The notes below the pieces were generated by a model. It ran no database searches. It had not been told where the DNA came from and saw nothing but the letters and a program-made list of their open reading frames with translations. From Candidatus Saccharimonadota bacterium (GTDB taxonomy: Bacteria; Patescibacteriota; Saccharimonadia; Saccharimonadales; Saccharimonadaceae), in assembly GCA_017459845.1 (NCBI GenBank), contig JAFUCF010000012.1:4120-68119 (forward strand): 64,000 nt of DNA, written 5' to 3'. The position numbers and the translations under genes are program-made. Every line of letters starts with the position of its first letter. The first letter of the stretch is position 1. This document shows positions 26,973 to 36,507 of this stretch, in pieces.

Positions 26973-27010
26973 TACTAGAGTTTGTACAACAGACTAAGAC
27001 CGTTGATGTG

Positions 27011-27976
27011 TTAATTCTTAATTTTACGAAAGATACGATAGAGGGATGGTACTTTTACGAGTTTTAGGTACAACTTTAATTTGCGTGTCAGAAATGGATT
27101 GTGGCGATATGTTTTAGAAAGCTTTTGGATTCTTAAAACAGTTTCTTTCCAAAGGCCTTTATTTTCTATCCGCCCGGCCGCAATGTTATCTAGATAGCCA
27201 AAAAGTGAAAGCAGATATGAAACTTCGGCTGCTTGTTTCAGCGCTATATCATCTTTAAAATAAGCAATCGATTCTTTTGCAGCACGTTCTTTCTGTTTGA
27301 GACGCGCTAAAACATCTTGTTTAGCAGTAATAGAACTAGACCTTTGACGATAGTAATATAAAGACACATCTACTACTACAATTTGTTTTGCGGCAGCATA
27401 AAGCTTATAGGTAGTCAGATTATCTTCATGAAGCTCGCCAACTGGAAAAGTGATGTTTTTAAAAACTGCTTTTTTGTAAAGTTTATTACAGGCTATGATA
27501 TCGATATTTTCTTGCCCAACAAGTAGTTTTGAAGTTGCCGTCACTCTGTCATAAGTGACCATTTTTGTTGCAGTTTTGGTAGTTTTTGGTAGATTGTCTT
27601 TATCAAACTCGTGAAAGCCGCATACAGCAATATCAGAATTAGTTTTCTCTAATGCTTCATATAATGTACTTAAGAATCTCTTTGCAACAAGATCATCTCC
27701 ATCTATAAAGGCAAGATACTCGCCCCTTGCACGCTTTATTCCGTTGTTACGAGCTGCGGATAAGCCGGCGTTTTTTTGGTGAAGAACTTTAATTATATTT
27801 GGATGAGCCTTTTCTAATTGGTCGCATATTTTTGGAGTGTTATCGGTGGAACCATCGTTTACGAGTATTATTTCATAATTCTGATATTCTTGGCTTAAAA
27901 CAGAATTTACGCAATCTTTGACATAAGAATCTATGTTGTACGCTGGTATAATGACTGAGATTAATGGAGAATCCAT
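27011..27976 (-). CDS. Glycosyltransferase family 2
   Basis: SVIIPAYN, VNDGSTD, NAGLSAARN, FIDGDD and HED. Confidence 0.9.
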   Translation of the reverse strand: MDSPLISVIIPAYNIDSYVKDCVNSVLSQEYQNYEIILVNDGSTDNTPKICDQLEKAHPNIIKVLHQKNAGLSAARNNGIKRARGEYLAFIDGDDLVAKRFLSTLYEALEKTNSDIAVCGFHEFDKDNLPKTTKTATKMVTYDRVTATSKLLVGQENIDIIACNKLYKKAVFKNITFPVGELHEDNLTTYKLYAAAKQIVVVDVSLYYYRQRSSSITAKQDVLARLKQKERAAKESIAYFKDDIALKQAAEVSYLLSLFGYLDNIAAGRIENKGLWKETVLRIQKLSKTYRHNPFLTRKLKLYLKLVKVPSLYRIFRKIKN

Positions 27977-27979
27977 AAT

Positions 27980-30502
27980 TTACTTTATAGCCGTTTTAAA
28001 TTTACTTTTCAAGGATGTAAACATTTCACGCAAGGTGCGGCGGGCGCCACTCATTTTTATGTAGTTGTTAATTGATGTGGGGGAAGACTTAACCGTAATC
28101 TCGATCAACTTAGGAGCGCAAATGTCTGATAAATATTTTTTAATATATTTATTGTCGTGATTAAACTGCAATGCTCTAAGTTTTTCGCTGAAAATAGCAA
28201 TATATTTTAGCCGGTCTTTACGACTTTCAATGTCTGCAATCGTATAAATTAAGATAACCAAAAGCTGGTGCGGAATTAATGCTCCTTCTAGTTTTTCTAG
28301 AAGCTTTGTGTTACCATCTACGCCGTCAAAACACATTTTAACTGTGTCAAATACGGCTAGGCGGTTTTCATTGAATACCCCACCATTACCCTGAATTGAC
28401 GACTCGCGCTGAATGTAATTATAGTAAGGCGCACTGATGTGTGTGATTTTAGTAGCTCGTGCCGCAACGAGTGGGATAACTGCAATGTCTTCGTTATTGA
28501 GGCCTTCTGGGAATGTAATACCATCAAAGAGACTACGCTTAAATATTTTGTTACAAGCTGAGGCGGCAAGATCTGTGCCCAGGAGCTTCAACAAGGGATC
28601 TTTATAAGAATCATTAGCAGTGGAATTCCAAATTTTGCGAGGCTCTACGGCAAGTGGATCATGATGATTGGGAGCTGGCGGGTAGACAACCATGATGTCG
28701 CAATAAACTAAATCCGACTCGGTAGTAATAGCCTTTTTTAACATTGTGGAATATGCATTGCGTGAAACGTAATCATCTGGATCTAGAAAAGTGACAAACT
28801 CGCCTGAGGCTATCTTGAGCCCGGCATTTCTAGCAGCAGAAAGACCAGAATTATTTGCAAGCTTTTGGTATTTTATTTCTGGATGAATTTTCATGTACTC
28901 GCGGATGATTTCCTCGCTACCATCTGGAGAATCATCATCGATGACAATGACTTCTGTCTTCTTAGGGAGATTCGTAAAGACAGAGTCAAAACAGATTTTG
29001 AGATATTCCTCTACGTTATACACAGGAATAATAATTGATAGTAAAACAGGAGTTTTAGTATAGCGGTGCAAAACAACATCTTTATAGTGTAGCTCGTCTG
29101 CTAGGCCCCAATTACGCAATAGCTCTTCACGGCGCTTTTTTATTAGCTGTTTGGATCTAGGCGGGAGGTGTACCATACTGGCGATTTCGTCTTGGACGGC
29201 GATAATTTCGTTGTAGTGGGTAAAATTATCTGTGGTTTTTGAAACAGAGCCATTATGGGAACGATATGTATTTAAAGACTCGGCATGATATGCAATGCTG
29301 CCGTGGTTTAAAATCTTTGCATAGAAATACCAATCCCCTGCCAACCGATACGTACTGGCAGTTTTAAGGTATTTGGAATATGGCAAAATCAACTTGCCGC
29401 CATCTTGATTTCGTAATTTAAATACTACCCCTGAAACATTAACAATAGTATTGTTGGTAGCCAAAACGTCAGCCATTTCTGCTTTGCCATCGTTGATGTA
29501 GCTTTTCCGCCAGTGGCCAGTTTCATCATAGTCAACCCAGGGACGAAAATTAGACATTAAGGTATAGCCCTCGTCGTCTATCATCTTGGATTCCGCGTAT
29601 GACATAACCACTTTTTGGTCTTTTTCAAAACCTTGCATGACGGCGTTTAGGAAGTGCTTATTACATAAATCGTCTGCCTCACAAATCCATAAATAATCAC
29701 CAGTGGCATTTTCAAATGCTTTGGCCCATTGCTTAAAAACTTTACCACTATTTTCCTCATTAGGGATGCACCTGGTTTTAATCCCGGGGTGAGTTTGTTT
29801 TAGTTCTGAAAAAATTTTTTTGATAACAGCCAGACTGTCATCAGTTGAAGCATCATCTAAAATAATCAACTCATAGATTGGATAGGTTTGGCCAATAATT
29901 GACTTTACCCTCTCTGGGAGATACCTTGCATAATTGTAATTTGGGATGACAGCGGTAACTTTGGCGGGAGACTTGGTGACAAAGTATTTCCGGAAAGAAA
30001 AATGAAAATAGCGAACAGAAAAGGCAAAGACTGCTAAAATTGGCGGTACAAGCGGGACGAAGGTTAGCAAGAAAAACATGATGGTAAAATTATGAGCAAG
30101 AATTACACCATAAAGAACAGCAGCGATTGCTACAATACTTACCCTAATAATGTTACGCGTACGAAAAGGATTTTGCCGATCAAAATAATGCAAAACGTAG
30201 ACAACAAAGACTGGCACAACAAAGGCAAAGAAGCCAATACTTGTGCGATAAGCTAGGTAAAGTGGCGGCGTCATGATTGCCGCTAGGCCTAGCGCAATGA
30301 TAGCAGCATAGTCCCCCTTTTTAAATGCGGCTAGCGCCATGAGCGTGATAATCATAACTAGGTATAAAAAGATGTTCAGTATTACTACTGGATTAATTGG
30401 CCCAATGATAAGGCCAACAACTAGGACAACGGCTGCTACAAGAAGCGCAACGAGTGCTAGCCTGTCTGCAAAAAAGCCTATAAAATCCTTCACTCTTTTC
30501 AT
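27980..30502 (-). CDS. Membrane protein with two tandem GT2 domains
   Basis: About 5 N-terminal TMs; GT2 domain 1 (VIPNYNY, LDDASTD, ICEADD) and GT2 domain 2 (IIPVYN, IDDDSPD, FLDPDD, NED). Confidence 0.85.
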   Translation of the reverse strand: MKRVKDFIGFFADRLALVALLVAAVVLVVGLIIGPINPVVILNIFLYLVMIITLMALAAFKKGDYAAIIALGLAAIMTPPLYLAYRTSIGFFAFVVPVFVVYVLHYFDRQNPFRTRNIIRVSIVAIAAVLYGVILAHNFTIMFFLLTFVPLVPPILAVFAFSVRYFHFSFRKYFVTKSPAKVTAVIPNYNYARYLPERVKSIIGQTYPIYELIILDDASTDDSLAVIKKIFSELKQTHPGIKTRCIPNEENSGKVFKQWAKAFENATGDYLWICEADDLCNKHFLNAVMQGFEKDQKVVMSYAESKMIDDEGYTLMSNFRPWVDYDETGHWRKSYINDGKAEMADVLATNNTIVNVSGVVFKLRNQDGGKLILPYSKYLKTASTYRLAGDWYFYAKILNHGSIAYHAESLNTYRSHNGSVSKTTDNFTHYNEIIAVQDEIASMVHLPPRSKQLIKKRREELLRNWGLADELHYKDVVLHRYTKTPVLLSIIIPVYNVEEYLKICFDSVFTNLPKKTEVIVIDDDSPDGSEEIIREYMKIHPEIKYQKLANNSGLSAARNAGLKIASGEFVTFLDPDDYVSRNAYSTMLKKAITTESDLVYCDIMVVYPPAPNHHDPLAVEPRKIWNSTANDSYKDPLLKLLGTDLAASACNKIFKRSLFDGITFPEGLNNEDIAVIPLVAARATKITHISAPYYNYIQRESSIQGNGGVFNENRLAVFDTVKMCFDGVDGNTKLLEKLEGALIPHQLLVILIYTIADIESRKDRLKYIAIFSEKLRALQFNHDNKYIKKYLSDICAPKLIEITVKSSPTSINNYIKMSGARRTLREMFTSLKSKFKTAIK

Positions 30503-30523
30503 GGTACCAATTATACCATAGAA

Positions 30524-31963
30524 TTATTTTTTGATGAACGACTTATTACTACTCTGTTTAACGTTTTCTGGAGGAGTGCCACCCTTCTTAACTACGAAGA
30601 TTTGAATTGCTTCTAACCGCTTGGCTAAACCCTCTGAGCCTGCCGCCTCCCCGTTTTTAGACCATGCAAGCCAACCATAATCTTGAACATGAGCACGATA
30701 ATAGATATCGTATGATTTAGCGGTATTATTATCAAGCTTAATCTTGATGGCTTCTAAGCGCTTTGACTTACCTGTAGTGCCGGTAGTATCAGCATCACCC
30801 TTCCATTCTTTTTCCCATCCTAGGTCTTGAACGTGGGACATATAGTAAACGTGAGCTCCTTCCGGTAAATTAGCTAGTTTAATATGCATGGCCTCCAAGC
30901 GCTTTGACTCGCCAACCGTACCGGATACCGTACCGTTTGCCACTGGCAACCAGCCACCCTCCCATCCGTAGTCCTCAAGATGTGACTGGTAAAGAACGCC
31001 TGGCATTGATTGTTCTGTAATGCCAATATAGGTTTCATCTGGCTCGCGCGTCTTACCAGAAACATTTTGTGTACTACCAAACCAATTGGTGTAAAGCGTA
31101 TAGAAGTTGTAATTGCCGTAGGCACTGCAACCGTCTGAGCGGCCGGCGAGGACGGCGGCGTTTGGCTGATATGGAGTATAGCGATAGAGGGAGGAAGTAG
31201 CAAGATTTTCTATATTTACGATACTGCCGCCACAAGAGGCGTCTTTATGATATTGAATATAGTTTCTACCTACCGGGTAGTTAGTCCAACCGCCGTTTAA
31301 GACAGAATGGAATAAGTAAGCGGCATTGGCAAGCTGAGCTTCTAGGCCGTAATACTTAGTATCGCACTCTGCAGTATCTGGGCAGCCAAAGCCCGTGGCG
31401 GCGCGATACTGAACCTCGTATGGCCACTTGTCAGTAATGAGGCTTTGCTCCTTTTCTAGAAGTACGATAAGAACCTTCGGATTGACATTATAGGACACGG
31501 CGGCATCCCAAATATGGTAGGCGGCAGATTTACCATTGATTGTCTCTTGGGCTAGACATACGAAATGGCCATCTTTGACATGGTAATAACCGCCGGTTAC
31601 ACCCTGCGGAGAATTAAAGTAGTAACGGCGATTATAGTTGATGCCATTCTTGGTAACATTGACATCTTCATACCAAAGTGCACCAACGGCAGAAGGCTCA
31701 GCAGATTGGTTACAAGTATTTTTAGAATTTAAGAACGACTGGATATCAGACACGGACATAGAATTATAATCAGCCATCACAGCATCAGAGATAATATTGC
31801 CCGCGTTAAAGCCTGCGGCCTCGGTCTTATCCTGACGAGAGGTAGCAAGAAAAGCAAGAGTAGCCGTGAAGACAAAAGCAAAAATACAGAAAATGACAAG
31901 ACGTGCTTTGTTTAAACGGCGAGATGTACGCGGTGAGGCCGCTGGGAATTCTATGTCTATCAT
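30524..31963 (-). CDS. Secreted cell-wall protein: lysozyme-like N-terminal domain plus three ChW repeats
   Basis: TM/signal; VNPKVLIVLLEKEQ...ATGFGCPD...LYRYTP domain; repeats YQSHLEDYGW, YMSHVQDLGW and YRAHVQDYGW with KRLEAI spacers. Confidence 0.7.
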   Translation of the reverse strand: MIDIEFPAASPRTSRRLNKARLVIFCIFAFVFTATLAFLATSRQDKTEAAGFNAGNIISDAVMADYNSMSVSDIQSFLNSKNTCNQSAEPSAVGALWYEDVNVTKNGINYNRRYYFNSPQGVTGGYYHVKDGHFVCLAQETINGKSAAYHIWDAAVSYNVNPKVLIVLLEKEQSLITDKWPYEVQYRAATGFGCPDTAECDTKYYGLEAQLANAAYLFHSVLNGGWTNYPVGRNYIQYHKDASCGGSIVNIENLATSSLYRYTPYQPNAAVLAGRSDGCSAYGNYNFYTLYTNWFGSTQNVSGKTREPDETYIGITEQSMPGVLYQSHLEDYGWEGGWLPVANGTVSGTVGESKRLEAMHIKLANLPEGAHVYYMSHVQDLGWEKEWKGDADTTGTTGKSKRLEAIKIKLDNNTAKSYDIYYRAHVQDYGWLAWSKNGEAAGSEGLAKRLEAIQIFVVKKGGTPPENVKQSSNKSFIKK

Positions 31964-32595
31964 ACGTTTACTTCCCCTTTAATTATGCCCTCTTTGCCGT
32001 CGCTTGACAAAGTTACCTCAATGTCATATTTGCCGTTAATAAGCAACTTGGTGGCGATGTCATAGCTGCAAGTACTGGTGGAGACGGCCGGAGTTATTTC
32101 ATCGGTTAGGCTAAAGGTATCGCCAGTAGTAGGCGATTTAAGCTCTAAGTAACAGGTACCACCATTTAAATACTGGTCGATGGAGACACGGATGCTAACC
32201 GTTTCGCCGTCTGACTCGGCGTAATTGATAACGCCAGTAAGCCCATTACTCTCTACTGAATTATTTTCCATGCTGGCTGGCGTTTTACCCTCTATAATCT
32301 CTGGCTCCTTTGGAGTAGATTTTTCCGGCGATACTTCTTCTGTCTTTTCAGTACTTTTTGGTTCCTCTGCTGGCGCCTTTTTCTCCGTATCTGCAGTTGC
32401 CGTAGTTGCCTCATTATTATTGTCAGGCTGCGGAGTATTCTTGTTGCGATTTAGCATCGCGAAACCAAATGCTGCGGCGCCGGCAATAAGTAAAAGCACC
32501 ACAACCGCAATAACCAAACGATAGCTGCGACGACGAATGCCTGGCCGCTCTGGATGCGACTCGGTTACTTCTGCGGATTTGGCGCTATTTTCCAT
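31960..32595 (-). CDS. Membrane-anchored protein with a low-complexity linker and a C-terminal Ig-like domain
   Basis: Single TM, E/K/P/T linker and a beta-rich C-terminus; start MENSAK at 32595. Confidence 0.7.
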   Translation of the reverse strand: MENSAKSAEVTESHPERPGIRRRSYRLVIAVVVLLLIAGAAAFGFAMLNRNKNTPQPDNNNEATTATADTEKKAPAEEPKSTEKTEEVSPEKSTPKEPEIIEGKTPASMENNSVESNGLTGVINYAESDGETVSIRVSIDQYLNGGTCYLELKSPTTGDTFSLTDEITPAVSTSTCSYDIATKLLINGKYDIEVTLSSDGKEGIIKGEVNV

Positions 32596-32656
32596 ACTAT
32601 AATAATAACACAAAGTAGCTTTTTGTGCTAGCGGAATGCATTTTAATATAATGCCG

Positions 32657-33724
32657 TTATTTATACAACCCTAGATGCTTGTTTCCGTCGTAAATCATGG
32701 TTGGGATGCCTTTAGGCTTGATTTGATTTTCTACCACCTCGCGAATTTTCTTGATGTGGTCTGAGACCTCGGAGGATTTGGCTTTCTCCGTAATGGTTTT
32801 AATCTGGGCGTCGCTCAAACCCCATTCTTTAAACCAAGATTTAATAGTTTTTTCAGCGGTTTCTTCATCGTACTCATTATCAAAGAGATACTGATAGTTC
32901 TGGCCGCTCGTATTTTGGCCAGTATATATTTGATTAATTAATTTGAGGCTGAGATTCTTATACGCCGTGCCGTCTTGGCTTGCCGACGTTAATAAGAGCG
33001 CATAATAGTAATTAGTAATGAGCGGTGAATTCTTAAACTTTGGAGTGCCACCATCCGCCTCAATCACATAAAGCATAATATAGACTTTGTGGTTTTTGAG
33101 GAATTCTTCATCTTTCATCTGATTGCGGAAAGATGAAAGACAAACTGTACAGCCTGGATCCATAATGTCTAGCGCGGACGGGATGTTATCTTCACCATTA
33201 TTTTGGCCAGATAGTTCATTGATGGTCTCAATAGGCGTAACAAGATAATCAGAGGCATTCCAATTCTTTAAACGATCTGGAATGGCAGCAAAAATCTCGC
33301 CCCATTCTGAAAACCAGTTTAGATTCTCCTCGTCTATAGAGCAAGATTCTGCGCCGAGGGCACAAGAGGCGGGATGAGAAACATTACAAGTGCCAAGCGC
33401 CCAAAGGGCGAGGCCGGCCTTTACGCCTTCTACGAGCGACCAAACCGTAATAACCACGATGAGCACACTGGCGATTTCTATAACTCTGCTAAGGGGTTTA
33501 ACTGCCTTTGGCTTTTTTAGGGCAACTTTTTTAAGTAATACCGCCTTTACGTCATCCTGAAAACTAGTGTCGCATTTTCTAAAGGTAATGTGGCGAGTAA
33601 AACAATGCCAAGATTTTTTTAAGACCTTTAAATACTTTTTGCCTAAATCGCGTTTAAAAATGCTAATGAACGCGACAAAGATACCTATAACAATTAAAAT
33701 AATAAATGCTGCAATGCAAACCAT
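32657..33724 (-). CDS. Membrane protein with a C-terminal DsbA/thioredoxin-like domain
   Basis: CTVC (CxxC) in DPGCTVC and a cis-Pro-like GIPT; N-terminal TMs with extra Cys. Confidence 0.6.
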   Translation of the reverse strand: MVCIAAFIILIVIGIFVAFISIFKRDLGKKYLKVLKKSWHCFTRHITFRKCDTSFQDDVKAVLLKKVALKKPKAVKPLSRVIEIASVLIVVITVWSLVEGVKAGLALWALGTCNVSHPASCALGAESCSIDEENLNWFSEWGEIFAAIPDRLKNWNASDYLVTPIETINELSGQNNGEDNIPSALDIMDPGCTVCLSSFRNQMKDEEFLKNHKVYIMLYVIEADGGTPKFKNSPLITNYYYALLLTSASQDGTAYKNLSLKLINQIYTGQNTSGQNYQYLFDNEYDEETAEKTIKSWFKEWGLSDAQIKTITEKAKSSEVSDHIKKIREVVENQIKPKGIPTMIYDGNKHLGLYK

Positions 33725-33759
33725 ATATTTATTATATCATAGTAATTTTTACATCAGAA

Positions 33760-33930
33760 TTACCACTATCTAGCCTTTGCTAGACGCTACTCGCCGCCCG
33801 CTACCGCCGAAAAAGCACAACAAATAGCCTATCTTCAGAGCGCTTATATTTGGCGCTCTTCAGATAGGTATTAGTTGTACTTTTTGCGGGGCGAGTAACG
33901 CATTGTCTAGCAAAGGCTAGGTGGTGGTAA
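33760..33930. other. 171-bp rod-like imperfect hairpin (candidate ncRNA or MITE-like element)
   Basis: 26-bp terminal inverted repeat with 2 mismatches, plus inner stems TACTCGCC/GGCGAGTA, AAAAAGCACAAC/GTTGTACTTTTT, CCTATCT/AGATAGG and AGAGCGC/GCGCTCT. Confidence 0.8.
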
Positions 33931-33943
33931 CAGACTGGCGTAG

Positions 33944-35119
33944 TTACAAGTTAGTTAGGGCTTGTTTTACTTTTTCAATGTCGGATGGGCGGGTGTGGTA
34001 GCCAAGGGAGAAGCGAAGGAGCGGCGGATAATGTTTGACGTGATCTAGATAGTAGTGGACGCAGAAGTAACCGGTGCGAACCATAATCCCCTGCTCAGCC
34101 AAGGCGGAGCCTAAAAAGTGAGAGTCAAAGCCTAGCTCGCTCCGGTCTACATAAAGCGAAATAGTAGGGTTAGGCAGTTCGTTAACGACGTGCAGGCTAG
34201 ACTTACTCTTGAGGAACTCATAAAGCTCAGTATAGTTTTGCTCTAAATTACGATGGTCGTCTTTGCCTAAACCTTCTAACCAATCTATTGCCGCGCCGAG
34301 CGCAATTATCTCACCCCACGCCTGAAGGCCGGACTCAAACTTAGTGTAGGCGTGTTCTGGATCTTCAGATAGGAGGCTATAGGCCTCTTTATCTACATCG
34401 CTAACCATACCGCCACCAACAAAACCCGTTTCTATAAATGGCAAGAAATCCCGCCGCATAATGATGCCACCAAGAGAAGGGGCATACATTTTGTGGGCGG
34501 AAAAACAAATAGCATCGGCTGAGGTCTTCTCTAGGATATCCTTAGAGTGAGCCATAGCCTGAGCGGCGTCAATGATAAGGAAGCCACCGTTCTTATGAAT
34601 ATGCTTTTCTAGAGCTGTGATATTTTCTAGCCGACGGCCGTCAATATTGGAGGCGGCATTCACAACGACTAAGGCATGACTAAAATCGGTGGCATCAAGC
34701 GAGATGCTGCCATCATTATTTCTTGTGACAACCTCCCGCGAGATACCCGTACGCTTAGAGAAAGCCATGGTAGAGAGGAATGGAGAGTTATGCTCTATGT
34801 CGCTCGTAACAATTTTCTTAATGCCGGCCTTTTCTGGATTAAACTGGGACAAAACTAGGTTTAAACCGTAAGTAGTGTTAAGAGTAAATGACACGAAATA
34901 TTCTTTTTTCTTAAGCTTTAGATATCTTAAGACCTTTTCGCGGGCGGCGTTGACTTTTTGGTCGGTGGTAACACCCCAAGGGTACTTTACCCGCTCGCCG
35001 CAAGAATTAAATTGCTTATAATATTCTGTCAAAGCTCTAATTACCGGCTCTGGGCGCAAGCTCTGGCAGGCAGAATCTAGATAAATATCATTTTCTTTGA
35101 GATAGTTAAAATCGTTCAT
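33944..35119 (-). CDS. Class V PLP-dependent aminotransferase, cysteine desulfurase (SufS-like)
   Basis: YLDSAC, EHNS, DAAQ, FSAHKM (PLP Lys) and RTGYFC (persulfide Cys). Confidence 0.85.
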   Translation of the reverse strand: MNDFNYLKENDIYLDSACQSLRPEPVIRALTEYYKQFNSCGERVKYPWGVTTDQKVNAAREKVLRYLKLKKKEYFVSFTLNTTYGLNLVLSQFNPEKAGIKKIVTSDIEHNSPFLSTMAFSKRTGISREVVTRNNDGSISLDATDFSHALVVVNAASNIDGRRLENITALEKHIHKNGGFLIIDAAQAMAHSKDILEKTSADAICFSAHKMYAPSLGGIIMRRDFLPFIETGFVGGGMVSDVDKEAYSLLSEDPEHAYTKFESGLQAWGEIIALGAAIDWLEGLGKDDHRNLEQNYTELYEFLKSKSSLHVVNELPNPTISLYVDRSELGFDSHFLGSALAEQGIMVRTGYFCVHYYLDHVKHYPPLLRFSLGYHTRPSDIEKVKQALTNL

Positions 35120-36072
35120 AAGTTCCTCGATTTCTTTTTATTAATAATATAAAGCGGGCGACCGAGAGACTCGGCGTGGATACTAGAGATATAGAGCGCG
35201 GTGACGGCCTGAGAGATAAGAACAAGACCAACAAGAAAAGTAATGAGAATAGCCATCTGGAGGGTGCCTGGCCAGTAGAAATGAAGCGGATCGCCTAAGA
35301 TATATTGATTAATTAGGCAAAAGAGGCCAAGTGCACCAGATAAAATTGTAATTATAATACCAATGTAGCCAAAGATAACAAGCGGAGTGGTAGACATAGA
35401 AACGAAGCTATCTATAGCAAGATGAAATAGTTTACCTAAATTATACGATGGTTTGCCGGCAAGCCGGACACCATAAGCATACTTAACGTATTTTTTATCA
35501 TAGCCAAGCCAATCTATGAGGCCACGCGTGATGCGTTTATGTTCTGGGAGCTTGTTAAACTCGTCTATGACGGGGCGAGAAATGAGGCGGAAATCGGTGG
35601 AGCCAGCGACGGTATCATGGTTGCCCATTTTGCGGAGAAGCCAATAAAAGAGCCGACTACCAGTCTTGGCGATAAAACCATGTTTAGTATAATGATCGCG
35701 TACGCCGATAATAACATCATGGCCCTTCTCCCACTCTTTAATAAACTCTGGGATAAGCTTAGGTGGCTGTTGACCATCCGCATCTATGGTGATGGCGGCA
35801 TCGCCCTTGGCATAAGCCAAACCGGCAGACAAAGCAATCTCTTTGCCAAAGTTACGCGAAAATGAAACAACCCGGAAATTTTTGGACCGATTGGCGTATT
35901 CATAAAGCAAATCTAATGTGCCGTCGGTAGAGCCATCATCTACGAAAACAAGCTCAAAATCATAGTTCTCTATTTTTTCTAACACTGGGAAAAGCTGATT
36001 TTCTAAAAAGCTAGAGAGACCAGCCACCTCATTGTGGGCAGGAATAACAATACTAATTAGTTCCTTACGCAT
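35116..36072 (-). CDS. GtrB-like GT2 (bactoprenol glycosyltransferase)
   Basis: FVDDGSTD, FSRNFGKE, IDADGQQPP, DFRL and RITRGL; two C-terminal TMs. Confidence 0.9.
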   Translation of the reverse strand: MRKELISIVIPAHNEVAGLSSFLENQLFPVLEKIENYDFELVFVDDGSTDGTLDLLYEYANRSKNFRVVSFSRNFGKEIALSAGLAYAKGDAAITIDADGQQPPKLIPEFIKEWEKGHDVIIGVRDHYTKHGFIAKTGSRLFYWLLRKMGNHDTVAGSTDFRLISRPVIDEFNKLPEHKRITRGLIDWLGYDKKYVKYAYGVRLAGKPSYNLGKLFHLAIDSFVSMSTTPLVIFGYIGIIITILSGALGLFCLINQYILGDPLHFYWPGTLQMAILITFLVGLVLISQAVTALYISSIHAESLGRPLYIINKKKSRNL

Positions 36073-36400
36073 CTTCCTCCAAATCTAGGCCGAGAATTAC
36101 GGCGGCCTGTTTTAACACGGCTTTCTCGCTGTCTGACGCAAGCGATATTCTAAATTTAAAGAGCGCAGTAGTCTCTGGATAAGAAATATCAACGACCTCT
36201 AGAGAACGGGCCTCACCAGAACTCTTACGGAGCGCCCCGAGGTTTACAAGATTATCAACGTGTTCTGCCACAGAAGAAACAGATGAAAGGCCTAGGCCCG
36301 CCATGATGTCACGATATGAGGGCGCATAACCATTCTCCTCAATAAACTCTTTTATGAAGTCATAGACCGCAGTCTGCTTCTTAGTTAGTTTTACGCTCAT
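36065..36400 (-). CDS. LexA-type DNA-binding domain protein lacking the S24 peptidase domain
   Basis: LTKKQTAVYDFIKEFIEENGYAPSYRDI..GLGLSSVSSVAEHV..L...G.L.....ARSL; only 111 aa. Confidence 0.8.
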   Translation of the reverse strand: MSVKLTKKQTAVYDFIKEFIEENGYAPSYRDIMAGLGLSSVSSVAEHVDNLVNLGALRKSSGEARSLEVVDISYPETTALFKFRISLASDSEKAVLKQAAVILGLDLEEDA

Positions 36401-36507
36401 ATTATTATTATAACACCCCCCCCCGATTTACAATGTGAAAAAAATAGCAGGTTTTAAGTATATGGCGGGTTTTTATGATATAATAGAAAAAGTATAAGTG
36501 GAATTTT

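Noticed and set aside
2076-33800. TAGCGTC shared by the tRNA repeat core, the flank of element A and the minus strand of the 171-bp hairpin
   Set aside because: A 7-8-mer is expected by chance in 64 kb and is not enough to unite the three elements.
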